Positions 1-16,043 of a stretch of 64,000 bases of DNA are shown here, in pieces. This stretch comes from Octopus vulgaris. Its lineage: Eukaryota. The stretch lies in NCBI GenBank assembly GCA_951406725.2, contig OX597825.1, positions 76,508,001-76,572,000 on the forward strand, in the 5' to 3' direction. The notes under the pieces are model-generated. The model saw nothing but the letters and a program-made list of their open reading frames with translations, was not told the origin of the DNA and ran no database searches. Both the position numbers and the translations under genes were made by a program. The first letter of the stretch is position 1, and each line of letters starts with the position of its first letter.

Positions 1-556
1 GGCATCTGTCCGTCAAGTTGAGGCTGCCATTTTGGAAGATCGACGTATAACTATTCGTCAAATAGCCCATGAGGTCAAGATTAGTACCGGGTCTTTGGAA
101 ACTATCATTCATGACCATTTGCATATGCAAAAGGTGTCTGCCAGATGGATTCCCAGGTTGCTCACACCTTTCCAAAAGCAAGAACGCGTCGATTGCGCGA
201 GGATGAATTTGGAAATGTGCCAAGAAGATGAGTCAAAATTTTTCAAAAGACTGATTACACAGGATGAAACCTGGGTCCATCACTATGATCCAGAGACCAA
301 AGCCCAGTCAATGCAGTGGAAGCACCGTGACTCACCTCCTCCAAAGAAGGCAAGGGTGCAGCCCTCCGCTGGCAAGGTCATGCTCACAGTCTTCTGGGAC
401 CAGGACGGAGGACCAAGCTGGGGTCTTCTACAAAAACGGTCTCCAGAGCTGCATCAAACGATGGGAGAAATGCGTAACTCTGGGTGGATCCTATGTAGAA
501 AAAGACTAATAACTGTGCCAAGTTTCGTTGCTCTACTGCTATCGGAACGCCTCTCG
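1..556 (+). mobile_element. Mariner transposon, internally deleted copy running off the window start
   Basis: Encodes WIPRLL and TQDETW mariner motifs; about 7 differences over 410 bp from the copy at 47081-48229. Deletion at 410/411 joins FWDQDG to the C-terminal DQAGVFYKNGLQSCIKRWEKCVTLGGSYVEKD; the 3' TIR is partly deleted (GAACGCCTCTCG). Confidence 0.92.
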
Positions 557-658
557 TGTATATATATATATACATATAATAAATATTAGGGAATAAATCC
601 AAAATTACAGGGAAAAAAAATCAGATTTAGGATTAAATCCAATTTTATAGTAAAATAT

Positions 659-4553
<3,895 letters not shown>

Positions 4554-4789
4554 TACAAAATTAGAGAATGGAGAAACATATTTAAATCAATAAAACATCA
4601 ACTATCAGATGATACCCAATCAATACTTTAATACACCATTACATATTAGTAAAGGCATTATAAAAAATATACAGTAAGAGTAAATAGACAAAGAGATATA
4701 AGTATAAAATTTCAAATATATTATCCCATGGTGGGTTGAATTTTCAACCCCTATCTCATTTATATATATATATATATATATATGCATGA

Positions 4790-5476
4790 AGCTAGCATGG
4801 TCAGTGTGCATACACGACAGAGTGTAAGTGTCCTGAGAGAAATGCTGGACATAAGAAGCATTTGATGTGGCGTGCAAGAGAGACATCTGCGCTGGTATGG
4901 TTATGTACTACGGATGGATGAGGAAAGATGTGTGAAGAAGTGCCACTCCCAAACAAGTGAAGGAATCTGAGTAGAGGTAGACCCAGGAAGACATGGGATG
5001 AGGTGGTCAAGCATGACCTTCGAACATTGGATCTCACAGAGCCAATGGCGAAAGACTGAGACTTCTGGAGATATGCTGTGACTGCGAAGACCCGACAAAT
5101 AACGTGAGTTCATGGCTGTTTCCTGCACCAGCTTCACATAGAAGCCCCAGCCCATCCAAAGTGCCTTGGATCGCAGGACGGCCTGTCGTGTTTACCTTGG
5201 ATCATAGGGCGACCCGCTGTGCTTGAGGAGACCTATTGAGTCAAGTACATCAACATCAAAAAATCAAATAGAAATTGTAGTTGTGATACCTGTGCCAGTG
5301 GCACGTAAAAAGGACCCACTACACTCACAAAGTGGTTGGCGTTAGGAAGGGCATCCAGCTGTAGAAACACTGCTAGATCAGACTGGAGCATGGTGCAGCC
5401 TCCTGGCTTCCCAGATCCCGGTCGAACCATCCAACCCATGCTTGCATGGAAAACGGACATTAAACGATGATGATGA

Positions 5477-5480
<4 letters not shown>
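4790..5480 (+). mobile_element. RTE-like LINE 3' fragment plus 3' tail ending in (GAT)n
   Basis: Decayed frame resembling LRWYGxVLRMDEERCVKKC...RGRPRKTWDEVVKHDL, then the tail GTGGTTGGCGTTAGGAAGGGCATCCAGCTGTAGAAAC...GATGATGAT that recurs at 22255, 22890, 26281 and 29800. Confidence 0.75.
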
Positions 5481-5512
<32 letters not shown>

Positions 5513-5529
5513 GCATATGTATATATATA

Positions 5530-5929
5530 TCTTCTTTATATATAAAAGTGAAGTTGTGTGCTGTCTGTCTCCTACGATTTAGATTCCTAACTACTCCCAC
5601 ATTTTGCGGTGCAGTTTAACCAAAACCGGGTATCTTATAGTCGTGATTCATATCGATCCCTTCTGGGTATTAGCGCGTCTTCGATGAGTCTACGATTTAA
5701 AAAAAAAATTTACCATCATTTTTTTTCCATTTTAATGCATTATTTTCGCTATTATATAAGGGAAGTAACTCTCTAAAAATGTCTACGATGAGTCAACGAT
5801 TTAAAAAAAAAATTATAATTTTTTTTCCATTTTAATGCATTTTTTGCTATATTTTGGCTATAACTCTCTAAAAATGCTTATATAGTTATTTCCCTTACAA
5901 ACACGAGCAACGCCGGGCGATACTGCTAG
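5530..5929 (+). mobile_element. Non-autonomous Helitron, family A copy 1
   Basis: 5' TC...TATATAAAAG, subterminal hairpin CGAGCAACGCCGGG, 3' CTAG, inserted between A and T; internal ~90-bp duplication. Homologous to 16741-17137 and 36687-37077. Confidence 0.85.
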
Positions 5930-5950
5930 TATATATATATAAATAAATGC

Positions 5951-5989
<39 letters not shown>

Positions 5990-6018
5990 CATATGTATAT
6001 ATATATATAAATAAACGC

Positions 6019-6059
<41 letters not shown>

Positions 6060-6084
6060 CATATGTATATATATATATAAATAC

Positions 6085-6123
<39 letters not shown>

Positions 6124-6212
6124 GAAATGAGGTAATCAGAAGATCGGAAGGTTTGTATTTACAGATATTTATTTATATATTACATTTTTTACATATATAT
6201 CATATCACTTAG

Positions 6213-6255
6213 TTCATTAGCGCTTTCTCCCATTCTAGTGGGGTTTTCAAATGAA
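6213..6255 (-). ncRNA. Decayed minimal hammerhead motif
   Basis: Minus strand reads TTCAT TTGAAAA CCCC-ACTAGAAT-GGGA GAAA GCGC TA ATGAA. Stems I and II and the palindromic GCGC are present, but the core has two substitutions from CTGAAGA. Confidence 0.4.
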
Positions 6256-6394
6256 AATAAGTTCCTTTGCTGGGGATTTTAATCATTTTATAGTTTCTGG
6301 TTGTGGTGGGGAGGAATGTAAGACAGTACAAGAGGGAGAGGTGGATGAGGAGGAAGTGAGAAGGAGAACATGTGTGTATGTGTGCGTGTGTATG

Positions 6395-6429
<35 letters not shown>

Positions 6430-6960
6430 GTGTGTATGAGAGATTTATATTTCGCTTGAAGCATTGTATATTGTTTGTAAACAATAATGATAGTATATCG
6501 GCCTGTGGGCCTGGTTTCCTCCACTCCTGCTATAGCAGTTCGGCAAAATAAATATCAGGCTTTAAAAAGAAAGCGAGAATATGCAAATTTGTCGATTTGT
6601 TCGGCTAAACTGTTTGAAGGCAGTGCTGCTACAAGGCCGAAGATAAAGGGCTGAAACAAATAAAAAGTGCGTGTTTTTGTGATTCACCGTGTAGTGCGGT
6701 GTTCAGTAAAGTATCCAGGTTACAGACGTTCCGTCGGGTACTAGACGTTTAAAAATGTGGCATAACTGAGATGTAACCTGCTGGGAAATCTTTTGGTAAA
6801 TTTTTACCAACTTAGATCACAAATTCGCAAAATTTTCTGCAAATTCCCCAATATTAAAATGTCATGAGGTGTTATACATTCTGTGGCAGAATCCCGCCAA
6901 AATCTAACTTTAAATATAATATATATATAAGTCAAAATAAGCAACAAGGATATCCAGAGG

Positions 6961-7122
6961 TGCGTAGGAGTGGCTGTGTAGTAAGTAGCTTGTTTACCAA
7001 CCACATGGTTCCGGGTTCAGTCCCACTGCGTGGCACCTTGGGCAAGTGTCTTCTACTATAGCCTCAAGTCGATCAAAGCCTTGTGAGTGGATTTGGTAGA
7101 CGGAAAACGAAAAAAGCCCGTC

Positions 7123-7125
<3 letters not shown>
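6961..7125 (+). mobile_element. tRNA-derived SINE (family 1), truncated
   Basis: Head GGAGTGGCTGTGT(A/G)GTAAG...GGTTCAGTCCC with Pol III A/B-box-like motifs; many copies in the window. Confidence 0.8.
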
Positions 7126-7183
<58 letters not shown>

Positions 7184-7470
7184 CTATCGGATCTGTGGGA
7201 TGGATTCTTAACTCCTGAGCTATTAATAATAAGTTATAACAACTATTATTTCTAATTTAAGCGCAGAGTCAGCAATTTTAAGGGTAGGGTATTAGTCAAT
7301 GATACTTCAGCACTTTACCGGTACTTTCTTTAATCGACCTCGAAATACTAAAGGGTGAAGGTGACCTCAGCGGTATTTGAATTCAGAATGTAATCGCCCG
7401 AAACGAATGCCAGAATGCATTTCGTTCGAAGTACTAAGATTCTGCTGGCTAATAGCCTAATTAAATAAAT

Positions 7471-7509
<39 letters not shown>

Positions 7510-7761
7510 TGGTAGAAGTTACGGATCTTTACAAAAAATTATTTTCTAAATCTGCCGGTCAAAAGTTACAGTGACTAAAGGGCCGAATGTTTCGTTTTAA
7601 TATACAAAACTCAGCCGATTATTATATAAACACGTTTTTTAGTCCGTTTTCTGTTTTCGTCAACAAACCCCACCTCTGTGTGTGTGTGTGTGTATTATAG
7701 GTGATCCTAATTATTCTATCGGTTTCAGCTGAAAGCTGAGGCCATACTTGGACAGCATCGT

Positions 7762-7816
<55 letters not shown>

Positions 7817-8148
7817 CGTAGGCATTGCGAGACTGTGCATTAATTATACACAAACACACATGTAATATAATCATTCATTCACACACACATATTTAGATGA
7901 AGTTAAATATATCTCCGGTCATAGAGTGACAAATGGTTTCGCATTCATAAAAAATATATTTATATATATTATATTATTATTATATATAATAAAATATATA
8001 TTCATATATGTTATATTATTATCAAAAGGACAAGATCCTAAAGATAATATATATATTCATATATAAGCACATCCGCTTCTTTGCTGTTCGTTTCGAGTGC
8101 TCCCATCGATAGCAGTAGTGACATTGATTGAGACAGTAATGTACTGAG

Positions 8149-8979
8149 ATGAGAGAGAGAGAGAGGAAACAAAAAGGCGACACCATGGCAATAAAACGTG
8201 AAAGGAAAGTCTCTCAACATAAAGAGCATACTATGGCCTCACCCCTTTCTTCTTCTTCTCCTGCAAAAATATCGAATCTATCTTTGTATATTTGCTCTTT
8301 TCACCTGATATCATTCATTCTTTTAGCTTTTGGCACCTACACCGACACCTTCGAAATTCAGTACGGTTGGAATACATATTTTGGTAAATTTAAATACCTC
8401 ACATACTGGAATATATGGATACAAACGTTGTATTTTGTCATTTCTTTACTGTATGACCTCATGAAATGGCGAAGCGTGAGTAAATGCGATCAAAACAAGG
8501 TAAGACAGCTGCAGATTGTCATAGATCACGTTCATGCTACTATAGTTTTCCCAGTCGGAATTTTTGTGGTGATCACATTTTGGTTAATTTACCATTTCGA
8601 TCGCGAGTTGGTGTTTCCTTCTTTCCTTGATGAAATCATTCCAGGTTGGTTGAACCATATTTTGCACACTTTACCATTGGTCCTTCTCTTTTTGGACAAG
8701 TACCTCGTCCCTCATTGTTATCCTCCCAAACTTCGTGGAATTGGTTACACATTCTGCTACACTAGCATCTACGTGGTATGGATCCTTTTCCTGGCCTTCG
8801 CTAAAGGTATATGGGTTTACCCGATCCTTCAAATCTTAAATAATCAACAGAGGTTTGTCTTCATAATTCTTCTATGGTTGTTTGGAATCAGCATTTACCT
8901 AGTCGGAGATGGTTTTTCCTGTTTCATGTGGAGGGCTTCACCCCAACCCACGAAGACCAGAAAAAATAAAGTCAAATAA
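8149..8979 (+). CDS. AIG1: Androgen-induced gene 1 / ADTRP-like integral membrane FAHFA hydrolase (FAR-17a/AIG1 family), single coding exon
   Basis: Uninterrupted 276-aa ORF with about 6 hydrophobic segments and family motifs GKFKYLTYWN (catalytic Thr), FPVGIFVV, FWLIYHFDRELVFP, IPGWLNHILHT (catalytic His) and GIWVYPIL. The real start may be ATG 8185 (CACCATGG) or 8233. Confidence 0.92.
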   Translation: MRERERKQKGDTMAIKRERKVSQHKEHTMASPLSSSSPAKISNLSLYICSFHLISFILLAFGTYTDTFEIQYGWNTYFGKFKYLTYWNIWIQTLYFVISLLYDLMKWRSVSKCDQNKVRQLQIVIDHVHATIVFPVGIFVVITFWLIYHFDRELVFPSFLDEIIPGWLNHILHTLPLVLLFLDKYLVPHCYPPKLRGIGYTFCYTSIYVVWILFLAFAKGIWVYPILQILNNQQRFVFIILLWLFGISIYLVGDGFSCFMWRASPQPTKTRKNKVK

Positions 8980-10005
8980 ATTAACAATTACATATATTGA
9001 ATGACTCTTAACATTCCACACACACACACACATATATTAAAACAAAATTAAAAAAAAAAAAATTGAAATGAACAAATCAAAGAAGAAACAATTTTTTTTA
9101 TTAAAAGATTCCGTATTTGTTTTCATGGAAGTATGACATTTTTATAACTAATTAATTTAACAATTAAACGTCTCATTAATGCTGAATCTTATGTTTCTTG
9201 TTGAAATTTAAAATTAATTTTGTCATTATATTCTGCGTGTGTATCTGTCTGCGCATCGCATTTAAAATTTTTACTCGGGACAGGTTGATTGTGACTTCGA
9301 AGTTTCGCCTCAGTAGTCGTCATCAAACTTTCTCGGTTAAACTAAAGCGTTTGAGCTGAGCAAAAAAAAACACAGAAATAGTGTAAAAGGTGTAAAACAA
9401 CTTGCTCTAAACGATTATGAAAAAAAAAATGTGCGCTCGCGAAAGTGGGGTGGGGGAGAGGACTCAGAAAATTCACATCGTCAGACCGTGGCCTGTAAAC
9501 TATAGTGTTTGACCCGAGCCAAAAAAACAAAACAAAAGACAAGAAAAATAGTGTAAATGGTGTAAAACAATTTGAAGAGTAGATGTTTGTAAGCCATTCA
9601 AGAACACACACACAAAGAGAAACTGTTGGTTCACGGCAACATTTAAATCTCATTTCAATCTCGATATTTTTGTTGCTTTGAAACCGAGACTTGTTCACTG
9701 ACAAAACAGATGCGGCACGAGTTTTTGTCAGGGTTTTGCCATGGTTTCAAAGAACGAAAATATTTAGACACAAACGAAATTGAAATTTTGCAGTGAAAGT
9801 AATGGCCCTTGTTGTTCTGGAATTGCTTACAAACATCTTAAACGCTGCAAATTCTTCTCAATCTCACCCTGCCTCGATTTACAAAATTTTCCACTTTTTT
9901 TCATATTTTCTATATCCTTTATACAGACAGTTCACGTTATTAAAATAAATTCTCTTTATCATGCCTTTAAATTATGTTATAGAAATAATTATTACCTGGA
10001 ATATA

Positions 10006-10320
10006 GGAGTGGCTGTGTGGTAAGTAGCTTGCTTACCAACCACATGGTTCCGAGTTCAGTCCCACTATGTGGCACCTTGGGCAAGTGTCTTCTACTGTAG
10101 CCTTGGGCCGACCAACGGATTTGGTAGAAGAACTGAAAGAAGCCCGTTGTATATATATATATATATGTGTGTGTGTCTGTGTTTGTCCCTCCAACATCGC
10201 TTGACAACAAATGCGGTTCGGCAATAGAGACCAATAGAATAAGTCCTAGGGTTGACTTGCTCGACTAAAGGCGGTGCTCCAGCATGGCCACAGTCAAATG
10301 ACTGAAACAAGTAAAAGAGT
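10006..10320 (+). mobile_element. tRNA-derived SINE (family 1)
   Basis: Same head as 6961, internal microsatellite, tail GGTGCTCCAGCATGGCCACAGTCAAATGACTGAAACAAGTAAAAGA. Confidence 0.8.
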
Positions 10321-10910
10321 AAATATATATATATAAATGTATATATAAGGAATATATATATATAAATACAAAATGGGACAAGAACGCAAAACATCCAGAA
10401 GACGATACAAAAAACATGCACGGGTCATTCGAAGCCTTTAATCTTCAGTCAAGAACCTCGCAATTTCAGCTGATTAATCTTGAGATTGCTCCAATCTGGC
10501 CAGCCCCTAGGAAAAACTAAGCTAAGAGCATTAGATTCCTTGGAAAAAAAGCTTTGAATGTATACGAAACAAGGACGGAAAAACGGACGATGTTGCACGA
10601 ATATACATACAAAAATAATACAAAAAAAACAATAATAATAATAATAACAGGACATCACAAGAAGTGTCTTTCGACTGGGGACGAATTGAATTCAGCTGGC
10701 GTGTTAGGAATTTAGCCATATATGTGTATAGAACAGACTTCTTTCAGACTGAAAGTATTATCTCACATTACAATAGAGACATAATACTGAAATAGTGTAA
10801 GAGATGAGATTGCTCTGGGCTCGCATTAGGTGCATGGCTACATACATATATAGACATATGTAGACAAGGCATAAATATATACAAATGCATATATATATAT
10901 ATATATATAT

Positions 10911-11631
10911 ACAAATTGAGATAGGGGTTGTAAATGCAACCCTCCATGGGATAACATATATCCAATATACTGCTAGTGAAGTACCCAACAAAGTTAATAC
11001 ATAAATGTTAAGGATTGCGATGCAATCAATTCATTTACTGTATTATATGGGCAAAGGTAAAATGATTTACCACAAATTACTAATACAAGATAAGAAAATG
11101 GAGAAATACATCTAAATCAAATATCAATTAGCAGATACTACTCAATCACATACTTTATTAAACTGAAACATTGGATATGGAACATATATATGTTTACTAA
11201 TTTATATTATTTATTTACATTATTATGTATATGTATATTTTTATATGTATAGGAGTGTGAGTATATGCACTCATATGTATATGTATATCTCCGAAGAGGC
11301 CTTATGATATTTTTGTAAATGTCTCATTTATATCTATATATTGACCTACCATAAAAGGCTAATATTGGTAAAATGAGACATACTTATCTACATGGCCGAA
11401 ACAGCTGTAAGATGTAATCTATACTTATATTTATATTTACTTATATTTATATTCTCTTTTTTATATATATTCTACTTATTATACAACATTACTCTTTTAT
11501 GTACACTGATTTGTTCTGCTTTTTTATGTTTAACCCTACAGTCTCTTATGTGGTGGTTTAATAAAGTATGTGATTGAGTATTATCTAGTAATTGATATTT
11601 GATTTAGATGTATTTCTCCATTTTCTTATCT

Positions 11632-11635
<4 letters not shown>
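10911..11635 (+). mobile_element. PLE-type pseudo-LTR insertion with inverted tail
   Basis: 79-bp inverted repeats 11085-11163 / 11556-11634 (3 mismatches) enclose a hammerhead; flanked by (TA)n. A related rearranged fragment lies at 4551-4760. Confidence 0.65.
11285..11415 (+). ncRNA. Type I hammerhead ribozyme with CCGAAGA (U4C) core
   Basis: ATATCT CCGAAGA GGCC...ATGTCTCATTT...AAATGAGACAT...GGCC GAAAC AGCT GTA AGATGT. All three stems pair, the AGCT loop is palindromic, and the cleavage site is GUA. Confidence 0.72.
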
Positions 11636-11680
<45 letters not shown>

Positions 11681-12546
11681 ATGTATGTATGTGTGTGTGA
11701 ATGTATGTATGCAAGGTATATATACCTGCATGTACATGGGCGATAATACATACAGATGTACGTATATATGGATGTGCATGTGTACATATACATATGAGTA
11801 CGAGTTGTATATGTAGATATATGTATAAACACCTGTATAAATATATATATACATATGTATACATCTTCACACATATTTTCTTCTACTACTAAGCACTGAC
11901 CTGTCCAGCCACCTAATATATAGTCCTAAATTCTTCATTCCATACTACTACCCCTCTCTCTGCTCCATCACTTAGACTCTATCACTACATAACTGACACT
12001 CCTTTACCTTTTACATTATTATACCCCTCTCTCTCTATCACCCCCCCATTCCTTCTATCTTTTTACATTCTAATACCTTTCTCCCTCTCTCACCCTCATC
12101 TCTCCATTCCTACTTTCAAATTATCTTGACTGACCACTAACTGGTACACTTTCCTTTATTATCTCTCTCCTTGTTTTTCTTTTACCTTTTTTCTTTCTTT
12201 TCCTTATTCCTCTCTTCCTGTTTTTTCTTCCTTTTTTCTTCTCTTTTTTTCTTTTTCCTTTATTCCTCTCTTCCTGTTTTTGATTTGACCTTACAAATAC
12301 ATCCCCTACTTTCAGGTCACTTTAGATAAAACCCTTGATTCAATAACACTGTGTACAAACTCTATACTTGGAACGACCAATTTTAAATACTATTGAATTT
12401 TACTTACAAGGTATTGGAATCTTATATGTATACCATTCTACAAATGCAATATCCCTTCATATCTCACATCTATTTTCATTCATCCACTCCACTCTCTATT
12501 TCGTATCTTATCTAAATTATCTATTGCTTAATCATTTTCTCACACC

Positions 12547-12594
12547 GTCTCCAATGAAGGGATATAATAAATGTCCTGGAAACAGCTGTAAGAC
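12547..12594 (+). ncRNA. Hammerhead motif with variant/decayed core CCAATGA
   Basis: GTCT CCAATGA AGGGATAT-AATAA-ATGTCCTG GAAAC AGCT GTA AGAC. Stem I is GTCT/AGAC; same helix III as the 11285 motif. Confidence 0.55.
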
Positions 12595-12999
12595 ATCTTT
12601 ATAAATGTTCTAAAATCTTCACAGCCTTGGTTCTTTTTTTTTTTATCTCATTCTGAAAAAAAATTATATATGCATGTATGTATGCACATGCACTTGAAGA
12701 AAATCTCTTGGCGTATGCTTATGCAAGTTCATCGTTACATTCGAAAGATAAAAAAGGAAAAAAAAATCAGATAATAATAAGTGGGTGGGGGGGGAAGAAA
12801 ACCGTGGAAAAAAGAAAAAGAAAAAAAGAGAAACAGAAAGAGAAGGAAAGAGAAAAATACTTAGGAGAAGATAATTGTAAAATGATGTTTTGCTCGACAA
12901 ACACATATAAAAACGCACACATAAAGTTACATGTATTTCTTCATAAATTCAAAGATACACACATAGATATGCACACATATATATAAAAAATATGTACAC

Positions 13000-13515
13000 A
13001 TATATCGCAGCATTGGTTTCTTCTGGGGTCTCTTTCCATTCACAAGTTTCCCATATAGCATCAGTTTAGGGATCATGCTATCCTTCATTCTAATAAAGTA
13101 TCCGGTCCAATGTAACCGGTGCTTGTGCACCATCGCCTCAATACTCGAGATATCAGCTGTCCTCATGACCTGTATGCCTGGAGTTTTTAAGGTCCAGCCA
13201 ACATCCAGAATAAGTTTGAGACTTCTCTGATGAAACCATTCAAAGACCCTTACATGACGTTTGTAAAGGGTTCATGTGTCACATGAGTAAAGGAGCAATG
13301 TCAGTACACCTGTACAGTACACAGCGATTTTTGTTTGCCTTCTGATGTCATGCTGGGACCAGACATGAGACTGAAGAGACCAGAAGGAATCAGTTGCTCT
13401 ATGCAGCCTGAAAGATATTTCATCATCCGGGGAACAAGAACGGTTGAGTGTGCTACCCAGGTAGACAAACTAATCTACCACGTTCAGAATTGTTCCTTCA
13501 ACCAAGATAGCTGAA
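13000..13515 (-). mobile_element. RTE (BovB-like) LINE, RT C-terminal fragment
   Basis: ORF-track peptide SIEAMVHKHRLHWTGYFIRMKDSMIPKLMLYGKLVNGKRP is typical of RTE; decayed FHQR-type segment upstream. Confidence 0.8.
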
Positions 13516-13870
13516 AAAACAATAAAGGAGTGGGAAGATAAAGTTTCTAAATACGCTCATCACAAATATGAATAACAAAATAAAAAAAAGTCATTTCAAT
13601 TGAAGTTGAGCTTTAATTTTATAATTCATACTGAATTTTCAACTAGTGTATGTGTATGGGTGCAAAAGAAGTAATTTGTACATACCTTTCTGAATTCCTA
13701 AAAAAGGGAAACTTGTGCACTCCAGCCATGATTGTTAAGCCCCAAACAACTCTACGCACATATTTGTTGTATTGAATGTGAAAGAGAAACATTTATGAAA
13801 ATGTACACATTAATAAGTTATGTTTGCAATTATTCATATAACTGATAGCAAAGTTTTTATAATATGAAAT

Positions 13871-14147
13871 TAAATCCAGGTCTAGTTACAGATTGATCAA
13901 GTCAGTAAAGTTTTAACAATTTTGTGACAACATAGTGTCTCAATACATTCTAATAAAAATGGATTGAGATAATGCCACTCTCTTTTTGGAAGATAAATTT
14001 ATTTTTGGTGGTGTTTTATTGTCATCACAATTTCCACAGCTTCTGCCTGTAATCAACAGTTTTGCTAATTCTGACTGTTTTTAGCTAATGTCACAAAACT
14101 GTTAAAACACGACTAACTTGATCAATTTATGACTAAACCCGGATTTA
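13871..14147. mobile_element. MITE-like element with ~59-bp imperfect TIRs
   Basis: TAAATCCAGGTCTAG...TTTTGTGACA (13871-13929) vs TGTCACAAAA...CCCGGATTTA (14089-14147), about 83% complementary. Confidence 0.65.
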
Positions 14148-15059
14148 TAGATAGTTTATTTCTTTATTGCCCACATGTTGATAAACATAGAGGGGACAAA
14201 CAAGGACAGACAAAGTGATTAAGTTGATTACATTGGCCACAGTGTGTAATTGGTACTTATTCAATTGACCCAGAAAGGATGAGAGGCAAAGTCTACCTTG
14301 GCAGAAGTTTGCAAACATAACTTATTCTACCAGTCACTTTTGCCAAACTGCAAAGTTGCAAGAATGTAAAGAAGCTGATATTGGTTGTCAGCAAGTGGCA
14401 CAGGATACACACACTCTTATGTGTGTGTGTGTGTGTGATGACAGTGGCTATCCACTCATGACTGCAACAAACCATCACAGACTATTGACCATGCAAAATG
14501 TCAGCGATGACTGTGCATAATGTTATTGCACCAGCAGTCTCCGCCTTCATGCCTGCAGCTTCCATGCTCACCACAATGCTCACCTACTCAACTGGACATC
14601 AGAAAGTTGCCTCGCCAATGATTGCACAACCGAAGATTTTTGGTCCAATAAGACTTGCACAGCACCTCAAAGACTTCCTCCAGCCTGCTGACATGATCCA
14701 GAGGTAAGCTAATAGGAATGTGGGAACACCATAACCTCAAGTGCAAGTAAAAGATCCCTAAAATGTTCAGTGCCATTCCCTGCATATCTGGTTTTATATC
14801 AGAGTGACCTTTTCCTAGAGACATGTTTTAACAAAAGCTGAGGAGTACTTCACACCCAATGGTCTTCCAACATGCCAGACACCAACCTGGAATTTCTGAG
14901 AGCCTGTGCTATTGCTTGATTATCATTGAACCTACACTAGGTTCATCTGTCATTTTGACAAATCTGTATGGTTATCCTGTTAGGTTTCTAACCACCCTCT
15001 TTACCAGGCCAGCCTAGTGGAGGTGCTAGTTTAGTCAACAGCCTGAAAATTTAACAGGT

Positions 15060-15580
15060 TATACTGGATATCAGCTTAACCACTTCTGCTTTTTTGTATG
15101 TCTTCCTTAGTCTTCCTCTTCCAATGTCTTCTTCCATTTGGATCTAGTAACACTTCTTACCCATGAGTTATTCTTCTTTCTTGTCGTATGCTTGAATCAA
15201 TGCAGTTTTCTCTCTTGCATGTTACACGAGGTACCTCTTTTTACCCTTGTATTTTCCTTGGTTCATTTGTGTTCTATCGTTCGTGCTCACTAACACTGCT
15301 TATTGTGCAGAAAATGCTCAACTCATTTCTGTCTGCCTTTCACAAATTTTCTGCATTCAGTGCCTATGTTTTGCTTCCATGCTGTTTCACGCTTTGTACC
15401 CTGCTATTGTACAATCCACCACCTACTCAGAGAATGTATTCCTTTGATGCCAATACTTGCAGTAATTCCATGAATTTTTGTCTTCCCTGTTCTTATTCTG
15501 ATTATGATGCTTTTAGAATATTCACCCTTACTTCCGATTCGGTCACCAAGGTAACAGAAGCAGTTAAATACTGTTAAAGA
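15060..15580 (-). mobile_element. Old RTE-like LINE fragment
   Basis: Minus strand reads FCYLGDRIGS...IRIRTG..KFMELL..L..K...LY..RVQS...HGSKT with stops; same family as 4790-5110. Confidence 0.65.
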
Positions 15581-16043
15581 GATTTCTGGTCATTTGAAAG
15601 AATTCCTTAAAAAAATAACATTGTTTCTGTTTTAGGCACATGCTCTGAAATTATGGTATTGGATTGGGGTAAGTCAATACCATTGAACTCAGTACTTGAC
15701 AAGCATTTTATTCTATAAACCCTGGAAGGATGAAAAGCCAAGTTGACCCTAATGAGATTCAAATTTTGAATGTAGATAATCAGAAAACATGCCACAAAGC
15801 ATTTTCTCAATACTCTAACAATTATGTCAGTTTTTCATCTTAATGATTATTTCAAATTTTTTCCATCTTTTTCTAATTTTTGCACAAGGCTAGCAATTTC
15901 GAGAGGAGTGGATGGGGATCAGTCAATTATATTGACCCCAGGGCTTGATTGGTGCTTTATTCTTATCAATTTCACCCCCTCCCCACCAAAAGATGAAAGG
16001 CAAAGTTGACTTGATGGAATTTGAACTCAGAATGTAAAGGTGC

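Noticed and set aside
7585-7625. Minus-strand CGGCTGA GTTTT...AAAAC GAAAC as a hammerhead
   Set aside because: Core has two changes and no stem I can be formed.
10361-10710. GAAA followed by CTGAAGA on the minus strand (similar order at 45870-45960) as a type II/III hammerhead
   Set aside because: Could not build stems I and III with a valid NUH site; probably a PLE-associated repeat but not callable as a ribozyme by eye.
10738-10806. Stem AGTATTA...TAATACT followed by GAAA TAGT GTA
   Set aside because: The 5' core reads CAGACTGAA, too degenerate to call; at most a dead relative.
13680-13790. Possible minus-strand coding exon (MAGVHKFPFFRNSE, donor GTATGT)
   Set aside because: Short, no good acceptor, no recognisable homology or partner exons.
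14440-14880. Possible RTE 3' end with zinc-knuckle remnant (FGPIRLAQHLK)
   Set aside because: Too decayed to support a call.
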